Source of the DNA: a virus
Lineage: Duplodnaviria > Caudoviricetes
Virus record (IMG/VR): IMGVR_UViG_3300005298_000001
Location: 1-40,124 of that record
Reading direction: 5' to 3' (one strand)
DNA length: 40,124 bases
In this document: one piece after another, positions 15,201 to 23,925 of the stretch
How the letters are laid out: each line of letters starts with the position of its first letter
How positions within the stretch are numbered: position 1 is the stretch's first letter
The notes under the pieces: model-generated
The model's database searches: none
Told to the model about the DNA's origin: nothing
The model's input: the letters and a program-made list of their open reading frames with translations, nothing else
Program-made: the position numbers and the translations under genes

Positions 15201-17872
15201 TGTGTGACCTTCAGCTCCTTGGCGAGCAGCTCGGGCGCGAATATTGCCTTGAGCGCTCTCTGGAGCTTAACCTTCTCCTCGGCTGACAGCACGTTGTCGG
15301 GTATCCCGTAGATTGCGTCGACAAGCTTTGTTATTATCGCGCTGTCCGACACCTTGTTGGCCAGCAGGTCGGTGAGCTGGCTGCTGGCCGACTCTGGAGC
15401 CTTGGCGACGTCGGCAACGTCCTCAACGCTAATCTTCCGTATGTCGGCGTACGTTGCCAGCCTGCTCATGAGGTTGTACACGGTGTACTTGCTGTTCGCA
15501 ACGTACACGATATTTGCCAGGTCGGGGCTGTTGAGAATCCTGGTGGCGTCCTGCAGTTCCTGCTTGCCGAGCTCGCTCACCAGCGTCTGCCACTCCTCGA
15601 ACAGCCTCCTGGACACGTTCGCCATGTCGCCCTGTGCGCCGAGCACCTTCACGGCGTTCTCGGGATTCTCGATCACCTCTTCCGTCAGGCCCAGCGACTC
15701 AATCACCGCTTTTCGGAGCATCGAATCTGGAGAGTCTTTTGTCATCCTGTCGACCTTGATGAGTGTGCCCTTGACGCGCTTCAGGGTCTTGATGAGGTCC
15801 TTGAGTGGCACGAGGTCGGACCCGTCGGGGGAGTACCTGTAGAAGTACTCTGTTGGGATCGACTTGTACCTGGCGCTTCTTAGCAGCATGTCGACTATTC
15901 CGACCTGCTGGAGCTTGTCCACCACGCCCGACAGCTTGTCGACGCTCAGCCTGTAGTTTCTGGATATGTACTCGACCTCGTCGTCTATGATTTTGTTCAG
16001 TATGCCGATGATGTTGTACTTCTCGGAGGCGAGAGTGTCGTCAATCTCCTTGACGAGCGACTGGATTTTCTGGTAGTCCATGAAGTCGTCGGGGCCGAGG
16101 CTCTCCAGCTTGAGCGCTATGCTGCCAATGGCGCTTTTTGTGCTCTGTAGACCCAGCGTCTGGCTGTCTGCGGGGATGGCGTCAATCTTTTCCTTGACCC
16201 TGGCCACGCTGTCCCTCAGCTCGGTGAGCAGCTCCTCGCTGGAGTTCATTCCGAGGTATGCGAGGTCGCTGTTGTTGATGTATGTCTTGATGAAGTCTGC
16301 CGAGCTTATTGTCTCGAGTCTGCTCCGCACGTCTGGCCTGCCGAGCAACTTGAACACCTCGTACTCGTCGCGAGTCATCTTCTGCGACAGCACGGCCACC
16401 TCGGCGGCTCTCTTGAGCTTGTCGAACACGCCCGACCCGTCGAGAATGTAGTCTTTCGACCGCACGAGCACTCTTGTGCCTCTCACTGGCGCAATGAACA
16501 CGAGCGGGTCGGTGAGTATGTCGCCTATGAGTGAGACTGGGATTGACACTGCGGGCGAGTACTTCTGGTAGCCGTAGACTCTGTCAACGAACTCGAACGA
16601 GTCGAATATGCTGTGTCCCCAGATCCCCTTGTCGTACAGCTCGCTGATCTCGTCAATCCTGGATATTGGCGCCTTGGCGTACTCTGACATTGCGCTCGCG
16701 TACCTTGACTCGTCCTCACGCACATCTCTGAACACTTCGCTGAACTCGAGCTCAACGACTGGCCGCGCTTCCCTCCGCATCCTCTCTTTCCAGAGGCCTA
16801 TTGCCCTGCTGCTGTCGACGAACCCGTAGTTCCCGAGAGTCGACATCATGCTTGTGAAGTCGAACTGGCCGATGCGTATTGACTTGCTGGCGTCGTCAAC
16901 GTTGAACTCGTACGGGCTCGGGGTAACAATGAACCTGTAGTCGCTGTTTATGCGTCTGACCACGGCTTCGAGCTTGCGCGCGTCGTTCTCAACGGCCGAT
17001 ATCACCAGCGGCTTGACGAGCGTATGTGTCACGGTTGACCCGAAGATTGACAACGTGTTTGCGACTGTCTGGGCGACGTTGAGTGCGCCTGACGCGACCT
17101 TGCGGAACGCGTCGTCGACCAGGCTCTCCTCAGGCTGCGCCGTTACGTTCACCTGCGAGGTCTGCGCTGGCTGCGTCGGCTGGTCCTGGAGCGACGAGAG
17201 GAGTATCTTGTTTGTTCCGCCGAGCACGTACTCCAGCTTGTTGCTCGTTGCCTGTCCTGGCTCAGGCTGGGGTGGCGGCACGAACGGGGACGAGTGCTCG
17301 GTGGCGCCTATGCCGTACGGGACACTCACGTTTGTCATGCTCCTCGCGCTCAGGCTGTACAGCCAGTGTGTCGACTTGAGTTCCTGCGGGGCAGCGTTCG
17401 TTCTCGAGTCCATTATTCCGATCAGCACGTCCTCGTTGTCTATTCTGCTGTAGCCGAGAGTGTTCTTTATTGTGCCGAGCTCCTGTTTGCTAGCCTTGGG
17501 GGCAGCATGCTGCTGCTCCTGGCTCGGGGCGCTGGCAACGGCCTTCCTTGGCCTAGACCTGAACACTGCCCTGTATATCTCGTCCTCAACGGACTCGTCA
17601 AGCTTTATTGACCTGGACGACTTTATCGTGTTGATGATGTCCTGGGTCTCGTCATCGAACACGGGCTCATCTTCCCCACTTTCCTCCGCAGGTGCCGATA
17701 CCGACTTTGCGCTGCTGAACGATGCGGGCGACCAGATGCTTGCGAGCTCCAGCGACTTTTCTTTTGGGAGCGGCGAGGTGAACTTGAGGATTGTCTGCTT
17801 CATTTCCTCGTCCACCTGCCTCTTTATTTCGTCAATTGGCGCTGTCAAGAACTCCTTTGTGTCCATCTTCAT
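9278..17872 (-). CDS. Giant internal virion / ejection protein (2864 aa), large-polyvalent-protein type
   Basis: Third gene of the ejection trio; C-terminal FPSFYLQNLIDS and EQIVRFAMF...HFDYSTISKLEK...FFFWTF motifs typical of the LPD38-associated region. Confidence 0.75.
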   Translation of the reverse strand: MKMDTKEFLTAPIDEIKRQVDEEMKQTILKFTSPLPKEKSLELASIWSPASFSSAKSVSAPAEESGEDEPVFDDETQDIINTIKSSRSIKLDESVEDEIYRAVFRSRPRKAVASAPSQEQQHAAPKASKQELGTIKNTLGYSRIDNEDVLIGIMDSRTNAAPQELKSTHWLYSLSARSMTNVSVPYGIGATEHSSPFVPPPQPEPGQATSNKLEYVLGGTNKILLSSLQDQPTQPAQTSQVNVTAQPEESLVDDAFRKVASGALNVAQTVANTLSIFGSTVTHTLVKPLVISAVENDARKLEAVVRRINSDYRFIVTPSPYEFNVDDASKSIRIGQFDFTSMMSTLGNYGFVDSSRAIGLWKERMRREARPVVELEFSEVFRDVREDESRYASAMSEYAKAPISRIDEISELYDKGIWGHSIFDSFEFVDRVYGYQKYSPAVSIPVSLIGDILTDPLVFIAPVRGTRVLVRSKDYILDGSGVFDKLKRAAEVAVLSQKMTRDEYEVFKLLGRPDVRSRLETISSADFIKTYINNSDLAYLGMNSSEELLTELRDSVARVKEKIDAIPADSQTLGLQSTKSAIGSIALKLESLGPDDFMDYQKIQSLVKEIDDTLASEKYNIIGILNKIIDDEVEYISRNYRLSVDKLSGVVDKLQQVGIVDMLLRSARYKSIPTEYFYRYSPDGSDLVPLKDLIKTLKRVKGTLIKVDRMTKDSPDSMLRKAVIESLGLTEEVIENPENAVKVLGAQGDMANVSRRLFEEWQTLVSELGKQELQDATRILNSPDLANIVYVANSKYTVYNLMSRLATYADIRKISVEDVADVAKAPESASSQLTDLLANKVSDSAIITKLVDAIYGIPDNVLSAEEKVKLQRALKAIFAPELLAKELKVTQREHAGRKRKFYQVEVERLLKTPRPDSIETSLQDLDYYDDISEDIMSRYVFSRSEDAALPDTGTIIEMSKGVMRRFLAVDLVQSFSKDDILARLGKGLEGTGLSSDEIKVVLEKIESVYDGIESARNSVISKASELLTAFKTSPEAEVILNFVGREAVTRDPQISKLIDRIEQEVEEYARSLDINGMAKTLSRLLKNNDLSEMSKLAEQIISSYSSGGDRRAAIVRGISRLYSDKLRVLLDEEVERIKEILVQNADILLIPSKEVVRRLYSELDELMSDSLALRIPRKHYKRVKQLVDEVLSGRSKDEVLAKLDELAVEKTRASSVETRLFNIVLWLEKNKEFRQVLADAKRKIREVVAGSDGMSLLRDSELRPVANRLATAPKSLFRVPSISMAMRGLSIPPNKNVTKYLVPAEITESDVEKMIDSVLEIRAIGRVDRLLSVIGIGRNEIIRFIRGVEALRDNAIPKTLNEKVKAETNFLRIAFNRAYMELSNIFRNRTTELNVQVGHTVAEVEKMLKESLTPLVAINSARNNIVQRAIEVAEREGDSALLELAKKVSRTDFGDLKAMHIITALVEHTDILANSFMQGQKQFANLFVTDFLRNATSRDELIRLIAEHDGGRTLATMGEALRNRLKSHIVESAPKSYIMPPNVRPLDYIAFYMSLGSKEGDDIVESLRALSITAELAVRAQAFDEFDKFISYFVKSADSIFTRLNGMSVYAVPFERTILRAIESVMQDPAAPAYFESIETWVNKAISEVVQGTPLHRRATTGIDGDIKYFKYISIPENLAKPGFVRSAEYSLVMSDTELAMRLFHKLMSEQAVAPIEAVKAEQAVLAPSVPRIIASRSARKQLQTVKEMEIGVRRELEISEILDVVSNVEKEFALSVSPEEASIYHMLLSAARQSLPSNFLAKALGFKNELHFTQFIESLVGTTGELGVKLREVEKGGKTIITDGELNMFEKNVVERIRKSLKSPIRLEKIFVQNSLLSIAHKIALRHIVRETKKFLLNPSISKTLLVFGKSATQFQVGGLTEISKNAYIPFSKVVSTPENMRVLEHQLIGSETPITTTIINNPLYSRTIAIAYKYSADPTGLIRAAESVFKDYMKKVYREGIKTRDKHLIGMDAVVEALKVFYHDTVSSKLGPKAYRAAFLANMRALAEDYISRIAPGKIDSSSADRVLLSLLKPNGEDVDRDVELFLLTLKERRTITLKEYQDFRYAQLLGQPTKFKGLDEKDILQQVVGEVKDPAAALKTVVTFIMALKRGGLEKSKLPKSLPELESIVNDLSPIMNEIRDDLPKLEVLKHFEEYVDTLNRVSREMVEQGKEPPLGLATPAISRETLYDAIQLMNPYKSVGIYTYEKLIREVKNLILPFLDLESYSEVMEKVSSFLGVLRRSLITWFPSFYLQNLIDSLVKHFISGGSLSSVMVAARFLLNKFVDKSNEKLTEKTAKAILDVHNAPKLTNKNVVIRFVEGDEKKIAVDELVAQLKSTDYGAAAAELNRAIIDIIGPRVVKEIELSYTENGRTVSKVLNSFDTIYNGYSLSDLYELALSSRLFNVGITLSVSQDTLRDDIYLLLRTFQNRMSRVGAEGSVQEKLDSAKSIFADTIRKMDLQRRILLRLNGTIEQIVRFAMFIDSIAEKGLSLPETIRRVDKWHFDYSTISKLEKKYLNNIFFFWTFFRKTFELVLRLTSTKLIFVGHLVKSRYDMHGEAMEFQNSYTIPIGYDTSSGIPKLEGIDLSRTFSILFPVALMTSSLDNLERKLRKTLVIKPAVERQIQHRIQTSPTEHIIDYTELAIDSAVSISQPIFEQIVSMSNPLIKLTLLLGGYSLNFGQIRQTRDRSELFYFFGTWLPVDELTASLFSSVVRRNVFFGGASLETFLFPVSIRRERADIPSQQDIAQMKSSISQETKRMLTSLLSRIKDEPASVRKAKAEQVVKSTIRKKLITEISELAEKTRQAKIDAKLIRKFKRVLEE

Positions 17873-17873
17873 C

Positions 17874-19448
17874 TCAGCTTCCCGCCCTGTTTAATTCGCT
17901 AGTGCTCTCGGATGCTCTTGACTCGAGCGAGCTTATTGCGAGCTCGAGCAGTGACCTGAGGTAGCTCTTCGCGTTCTCCCTGACCTTGTCGCTCATCTTG
18001 ACCATGTCCAGCCACGAGTCGAGATTGTCGAGGTTCGCTCTCATTCTTGATGCCAGCTCTCTCGCCTTGTGCGGCGGTATGGTGTCGAACCCTGCGAGCT
18101 CCAGTATCCCGTTGTTCTCGACCATCTTGAGGCCTGCGGACATGTACTGGCTCTGTATCTGCTTCACGTACTGGTTGACAACGTTCCTGTACTTCTTGAA
18201 CTCGTCGTCGCTGAGCGACTTCTTCGTGTTGCTTGCCTGCTCCTGCATCTTCCTCCTGAGGAGCTCGATTGAGGCGAGGTCCTTGAGAGTCTTTGCGTAC
18301 ATTGCCCTTATTTTCGCCTGCTCGAGCTCGGACATCTGCTGCGACGTTGCGGACTTCGCGAAAGCTGTGAGCTCTGGGCTCTCCTTTATCCTGTTGTACA
18401 GTGCCAGAGCCTCGTTGAGCTTGAGGAGCGGGTTGGTCTGAACAGCGTTGGACACCTCGGCGCCCGCGTTGTGGGCGACCTTGGGGAGCTCGCCTGCGAC
18501 CATCCCGTAGAGGTTGGTCATGTACGCCTCGTACCCGAACCTGCCTTTTTGGAATCCTGGCAGGTTCCAGCTCACCCTCTCCTTCTGTGTGGCACTGGGC
18601 TTGACAAGAGAGAGAGCGAGCTTGGCTATGGCATTGCCATCGTCATCCTTTTTGCCTGGCTGCGCGTCGCTCTGCTGCTCGGACTCAACCACGACTGCCC
18701 ACCCTCTGCCAGCCGACATGTTATCGCTGCTCTTCATTGGGAGGACGCTGTACGAGGTACTTATGTCCTCCAGCATCTTAGCAAGCTCGGTCCTGGCCTT
18801 GACCTTCTGGCCGTAGTCGACCACTCCAGCCTCAGACAGCACGTCCCCGAGCGTTATCACTCTTGTCTGGCCGTTCTCGCCAACAATCTCGACTCGTCCA
18901 GTCCTGACAAGGTCGTCAAGCATGGACTTCAGGCCCTCAGCACGGCCCAGCGCGAGAATGCTGTTGAACTTCTTCCTGAGTTCTGGGTCACTGATGCTCT
19001 TCATCTCGGGAGAAGCGAGCCCAAACAGCTTGATTCTCGATGCTGGCACTCCCCGCTCCTTGGCACTCATGAGCTCCTTAACCTGCATTGCCAGTATGGA
19101 CCTTATGCTGTTGTACGAGCTGTCGTCGACCGCGATGGTTTTGGCGTTGTTGACGAGCTGGCTCATTGCATCCGCCCCCTTCTCACTCTCAATCTTGAGT
19201 ACGTTGCGGAGTATCCTGTCGTTAACTGCTACGTCCCGCTTGCCATCGTTCAGGATATCCAACCTCTTGAAGACGTACTTCCCGTCGCCAGCCTTAGCAA
19301 CAACAACCCCAGGATTGAGCCCAGTCGCGACAACAACGTTCCTGCTCTTCGAGTTCTTCTCGCCCGTGCTGCTGGTGCCTATCCCTGCAGCAACCAGCGA
19401 CGACGACCTGCCATAACTCACATTGCTGAAAATCGTGCTCTTGGCCAT
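17874..19448 (-). CDS. Internal virion / ejection protein with an OmpA-C-like motif
   Basis: Position in the ejection trio; IKLFGLASPE...FNSILALGRAEGLK; GGAGG RBS before ATG 19448. Confidence 0.65.
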   Translation of the reverse strand: MAKSTIFSNVSYGRSSSLVAAGIGTSSTGEKNSKSRNVVVATGLNPGVVVAKAGDGKYVFKRLDILNDGKRDVAVNDRILRNVLKIESEKGADAMSQLVNNAKTIAVDDSSYNSIRSILAMQVKELMSAKERGVPASRIKLFGLASPEMKSISDPELRKKFNSILALGRAEGLKSMLDDLVRTGRVEIVGENGQTRVITLGDVLSEAGVVDYGQKVKARTELAKMLEDISTSYSVLPMKSSDNMSAGRGWAVVVESEQQSDAQPGKKDDDGNAIAKLALSLVKPSATQKERVSWNLPGFQKGRFGYEAYMTNLYGMVAGELPKVAHNAGAEVSNAVQTNPLLKLNEALALYNRIKESPELTAFAKSATSQQMSELEQAKIRAMYAKTLKDLASIELLRRKMQEQASNTKKSLSDDEFKKYRNVVNQYVKQIQSQYMSAGLKMVENNGILELAGFDTIPPHKARELASRMRANLDNLDSWLDMVKMSDKVRENAKSYLRSLLELAISSLESRASESTSELNRAGS

Positions 19449-19460
19449 ACATGCCTCCAA

Positions 19461-20726
19461 CTACAGTATCCTGCCTGACACTGACGGGAACGCTCTTGTC
19501 AGTCCGCTCGTCGCGCTCACGCCTGCGCTGTACCCAGTGTAGCCGCCGGAGAACAGTGACATGAGCCCGCCTCCTATTGCTGCACCGAGCTGCGGCATGC
19601 CGAACAATGCGCCTGCTGCGCCGCCGAGTATCGTCCCGACTGTCCCGAGTATTGCGCCTCTTGACGCCTCCTCCGCCTGCCTCTTGGCCTCCTCAAGCTG
19701 CCTCTGCGCAGCCTCTCGCTCAGCCTGCAGCTGCGACAGCTGCATGCCTATGTTGAACATGTCTCTTATCCCCTGTATCTTGCTCAGGTCTATGTTCAGG
19801 TTGGTGCCGATAATCTGCGCCTTCGTCTGGAACTGCTGCTGGAGGTTGGACAGCGCCGCCTGCTTGGCAGCTGCGAACTCTTTCTGTAGCACCGCGTTCC
19901 GCGCAATGTCGTACAGTGACTGCAGCCTGGCCTTCTCACGCTCTATGCTTGACCCGAGTATGAACCTGCCAGCCTCGGACAACCTTGCGCCCTGCTGCTT
20001 CTGCCGCTCAAGTGCCCCAAGAGTCCTGAACAGTCCCAGCGCGTTCGCCCTCTCCTGGAGCTCTATGCTCCTGCCCTGTAGCTCAAGTGCCGACTGGTCA
20101 ACGAAGTCTCTGTACCCGCCCTGGTATATCTCCTTGGCTCTTGCGAGGAAGTTCTCGAGCTCGCCCGTCATCTCGCCAGTGTAGATTGACTGTGACGCTG
20201 CCTTCCACGTGTTCTGGAGCGAGGCGAGCGCAGCGTTTATGCTATCCGAGAGCGAGTCGCCCTTCTTGGCTCTTTCCAGCACCCAGCCGACAAACTTGTC
20301 TGGCGAGTCGAGCTCGCCGCCGACCTCGCCAACCTTGCCCCGCTCAGCCGTTCGACCAACGGTCGACTCGTAAATGTTCGCCCCTATGCTGAAGTACAGG
20401 TCGTCCTCACTGAGGCTGTCTGCGCCGCCTATGCCCATGTTCTTAGCGAGCGCTCTCAGGTACCTCACCCTCTTCTCGTCGTTGTCTGCTGGTATGCCGA
20501 GATGCGTGAGTGCAAGCCACCTGCCCAGGGCAATGAGGTTGCTCCTCTTCCTAGCTTCCGAGAAGCTGGTGCTGGACGCGTTGTTCGACTGCGGCCGCAA
20601 CAGATTTATTGACGGTATCCCAGTATTCCCATAGTTTGACGAGTAGCCAGTGTTGTACGATGAGCCCAGGCCCCAGGACGAATATGATGAGCCCAGGCCC
20701 CAGGAAGAGTATGACGAGTACGGCAT
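19461..20726 (-). CDS. Internal virion / DNA pilot (ejection) protein
   Basis: Q/A-rich coiled coil, then a Gly-rich hydrophobic segment GAILGTVGTILGGAAGALFG. Confidence 0.7.
   Translation of the reverse strand: MPYSSYSSWGLGSSYSSWGLGSSYNTGYSSNYGNTGIPSINLLRPQSNNASSTSFSEARKRSNLIALGRWLALTHLGIPADNDEKRVRYLRALAKNMGIGGADSLSEDDLYFSIGANIYESTVGRTAERGKVGEVGGELDSPDKFVGWVLERAKKGDSLSDSINAALASLQNTWKAASQSIYTGEMTGELENFLARAKEIYQGGYRDFVDQSALELQGRSIELQERANALGLFRTLGALERQKQQGARLSEAGRFILGSSIEREKARLQSLYDIARNAVLQKEFAAAKQAALSNLQQQFQTKAQIIGTNLNIDLSKIQGIRDMFNIGMQLSQLQAEREAAQRQLEEAKRQAEEASRGAILGTVGTILGGAAGALFGMPQLGAAIGGGLMSLFSGGYTGYSAGVSATSGLTRAFPSVSGRIL
20659..20718 (-). repeat. 27-bp tandem duplication encoding SSYSSWGLG twice
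   Basis: GATGAGCCCAGGCCCCAGGAMGARTAT twice on the plus strand. Confidence 0.85.
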
Positions 20727-20782
20727 ATCACACCTCCCACGACAAATTATATGACCTCCAGGTGCTAAATTTACAGCTAGTA

Positions 20783-23700
20783 CTAGTACCAGAAGGTTCT
20801 GGGCACAATGAACGCCCTGAGCCCGTAAATCTTCACGTCGCTTGTGTCCTTCCTGTTAGGGTTGATTATCACGAGCAGCTTCTGGAACTGTCCCTGCGGC
20901 CGCATCACGAAGCTCTCAACGTCGTCGTCACTTGTCCTGTACGCCGTGTTCGACCTGCGCATGTTGGTGTTGAAGTTGCCATTGTTGTCCCAGAGGTTGA
21001 AGAAGTCGTGTATGCTCGGGTCATAGGTGTTGTCGACGAACGCGACGATGTCCTGCTCCTCGTACGGGGGCGGGACCGCATTGTAGCTGTCCATCATGAG
21101 GATGAGTTTCTCTGGCACTTTGACCAACCGCAGGTCACCAACAATCCTGTACGCCAGGACATTCACCTCCTTCACACGATGCTCAACGCCAACATCGGGT
21201 ATATCGTCCTCAACATACTGGTTCTGCGTCCCAACAACTGCGCTTGGCATGACACCCTCAATGGCCTCGAACACTTCTTTTCCGTACGCGTCAGTCACGA
21301 CCTCCTTGACCCTGCCAATGCCGATAAGCCCAATCCCGAAGAACCAGTCCTCGTATGTCCCCTCGCCCGTTACATCCCTCCTCACTTTCGAGTACACCCC
21401 CAGGTTGAACATTGTGCCAGCCGTCATGTCTATTGCGAACGTCGAGTATTCCGGGGACGACAACAACCTAATCGTGTCAAGACTGCCTCGGCCAATGTAC
21501 CCGCCGACAATGTACCCGCCGTCGTTGGGATAAAGGCTCGGTGTAACGAGTAGCAGGTTCTTCGTCTCAACTTTCGACAGGTTCAGAGTGCTGGCGTATT
21601 TCGTGAGCGCGTAGTTTATGCCGTTCACGTTGAGTTCCTTGATGGCCGTGCCTCGCGCGAAGTATAGCCTCTTCTCGGCACTCACGAACGCTGCGCCATC
21701 GAGAATGCTGATTGCGGACGAGAGGTCCCTGCTGCCACCACCTGTGTATAGCCGCAGGTCGGAAATCTTCTCGAACACCAGGGTATCGTTGGTCTCAAAC
21801 AGTATGTACACCCCGTCCTTAGCGAAGATGTACGCGTAGTTACCAGCAGGCACGAAGTCAATAACCTCGGAGTTGAGCCTTATGAGGTCACTGAAGATAT
21901 ATGAGTTTGGGACAGTGAACATGAGTTCATTCGGCGCGTCAGCGTTGATCGCGAATATCCTGCCGCTGAAGTTATACACGTCCAGCACCTTCAGGCTTAC
22001 CTCCTTCTTCGGATTCTGCGTCTTCGGCTTAATTATCACGTGGTACGGGTACATGCTCGTCTCGTACGTCGTGTTGATGTCGCCAATCCTCACGGAAATC
22101 GCATTGAGGTTGTGCACATCGTTGTCAAGGTCCAGGTAGACCAGCACTCTGCTGGACTCGCTCATAGCGTCAACTTGAAGTGACTTCTCGCCGACCCTAA
22201 CGAACTCACTGCCGTGCAGGCTGGCATAGTGGCTTATAACCGCGTTCCCTGCTATTCCCTGCGACGGGACGAGCGCTCTCACGTCGCTCGACTCAATCGG
22301 CTTCTCATCGTCATACTCTGAACCACTGGACGATAGCATCTCCCCAACAAGCGGGATGTGGAAGTCCTGTATGAACACATACCCGCTGCTCGGGTCAGCG
22401 TTCGTGTCGTTTATCGTGACGTTTGCTGCCCCTATCGCGGATATGTCCTCAAGCAGGTCAGCCTTGAACTCCACATCATCGATGTAGTCGTTACTGGACG
22501 TCACTCTGAACGACACGTCAAGCATGTAGTAGCTCATGACGCTACTTGTCTCGGACTGCGCCGTCTTGACGAAGTACACGAAGTGGTACCGCCCATCAGT
22601 GTCGTCCTTGTACGAGAACATGAGTGTTGGGCGCATCATCTCCATGTTGCTTCCAAATAGCAGGCTACCGTCTATTCTCCTAGGCGATATGCAGGTAAAC
22701 AGGTTTCTCCTAGGAATTCCAGACATGGTGTAATAAAAGATGCTCCAGTTGTTCTGTGATGTGTCGTATTTCCAGTATAGCAGAAGCTCAAGCCATCCTG
22801 CATAATACCTAACTGCTATTGGTATGACGAGGTTTCTGGCGTACGACGATGTGTTGACAAAGTTCTCGTCTGGACTCAAATCCATGTTGCTGGAAGATGG
22901 CGATAGCTCACCAAAGACCACACCGCCACCTACAGCCTGGACTTTCTTTACAGATACCTTGGTTCTCGTTGTGTTGTGGCTGTACCAGACTGTGTGCCCG
23001 TAGTGAACCGAGTAGCTAGAGCCAAGTTTCTCGAGGTACACGACTGGGGTTAGCATCCTTGCCGTGTTGTCCGTTATCGAAGGTATGACACCCGTAGATG
23101 TCGAAGCCCCGCTTATGAACCTTGCGAGCTTGCCTTGTGATGGGCCGTAGTCAATCATGAACATTCCGAGAGTCTCGTCACACGCTGGCTGCAGGCTACT
23201 GCCATCCCACACTGCACAGTACGAGTACCACCTGCCATCCACGTAGAAATAGTTCTGTGAGTTCCCATCGTAAATCACGTCAATGTTGGCGTCAAGGGAA
23301 TCTCCGTTACTGAGCACGTATCTTACGAAATCCCCATAAGAAAGCACTTTATCCAGGATTGCTCTCACATACCCGCTCTCGCTCCCGTCTCTGGTATAGA
23401 AGACTCTGTTTCCCGTTGGGCAGATTGGCCCGTTGAAACCTATGCACTCCACGCCGTTATACAGTCTCTGAGAGAGGATATCGAACTCGGTGCTGTAGTT
23501 GTGGCACTCGGAGTATGTGGTGGTGTTGGTCCTGTTCTTCCACGTGTAGTAGACTTTGAGGTACGCTGGGACTAGAAACTTTTTGAACCTTTTGATGTGC
23601 AGGCTGTTTGCGTCCTTTTCCACAGCAACAACCTCGTTATTGTGTCCGAGCGTGCCGCGGTACTGGGTGCCAAGCACAACGAGGTCGCCTCTGTTGTTCC

Positions 23701-23923
23701 AGACGACCTGCTTGTTGGACACAATCCTGCGCGTGACGGCATTTGCTGAGTCGTACCACGTCAGGTTGCTGCCCTGGAGCACCACATCGGCAGTCTTGAA
23801 CTTTTTCTTGTACAGTATGCCGTCACTTGACGGCACGAAGCCGTAGCAGCACTCCAGGCCGTCAATATTCTCCTGGAGGTTGACCGTATTTTGCGGCGGG
23901 ACGAGCTCTCTGGGCTCAGGCAT
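20783..23923 (-). CDS. Tail nozzle / tubular protein B-like (P22 gp10 / T7 gp12 position)
   Basis: 1046-aa beta-rich protein after the adaptor; N-terminal PxEL...N...N...G.L.K pattern. Confidence 0.65.
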   Translation of the reverse strand: MPEPRELVPPQNTVNLQENIDGLECCYGFVPSSDGILYKKKFKTADVVLQGSNLTWYDSANAVTRRIVSNKQVVWNNRGDLVVLGTQYRGTLGHNNEVVAVEKDANSLHIKRFKKFLVPAYLKVYYTWKNRTNTTTYSECHNYSTEFDILSQRLYNGVECIGFNGPICPTGNRVFYTRDGSESGYVRAILDKVLSYGDFVRYVLSNGDSLDANIDVIYDGNSQNYFYVDGRWYSYCAVWDGSSLQPACDETLGMFMIDYGPSQGKLARFISGASTSTGVIPSITDNTARMLTPVVYLEKLGSSYSVHYGHTVWYSHNTTRTKVSVKKVQAVGGGVVFGELSPSSSNMDLSPDENFVNTSSYARNLVIPIAVRYYAGWLELLLYWKYDTSQNNWSIFYYTMSGIPRRNLFTCISPRRIDGSLLFGSNMEMMRPTLMFSYKDDTDGRYHFVYFVKTAQSETSSVMSYYMLDVSFRVTSSNDYIDDVEFKADLLEDISAIGAANVTINDTNADPSSGYVFIQDFHIPLVGEMLSSSGSEYDDEKPIESSDVRALVPSQGIAGNAVISHYASLHGSEFVRVGEKSLQVDAMSESSRVLVYLDLDNDVHNLNAISVRIGDINTTYETSMYPYHVIIKPKTQNPKKEVSLKVLDVYNFSGRIFAINADAPNELMFTVPNSYIFSDLIRLNSEVIDFVPAGNYAYIFAKDGVYILFETNDTLVFEKISDLRLYTGGGSRDLSSAISILDGAAFVSAEKRLYFARGTAIKELNVNGINYALTKYASTLNLSKVETKNLLLVTPSLYPNDGGYIVGGYIGRGSLDTIRLLSSPEYSTFAIDMTAGTMFNLGVYSKVRRDVTGEGTYEDWFFGIGLIGIGRVKEVVTDAYGKEVFEAIEGVMPSAVVGTQNQYVEDDIPDVGVEHRVKEVNVLAYRIVGDLRLVKVPEKLILMMDSYNAVPPPYEEQDIVAFVDNTYDPSIHDFFNLWDNNGNFNTNMRRSNTAYRTSDDDVESFVMRPQGQFQKLLVIINPNRKDTSDVKIYGLRAFIVPRTFWY

Positions 23924-23925
23924 AC

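Noticed and set aside
9800-21600. Many long plus-strand ORFs (e.g. 13287-14336, 18471-19478, 20609-21553)
   Set aside because: Antisense shadows of GC-rich structural genes; S/L-rich, no RBS, no motifs.
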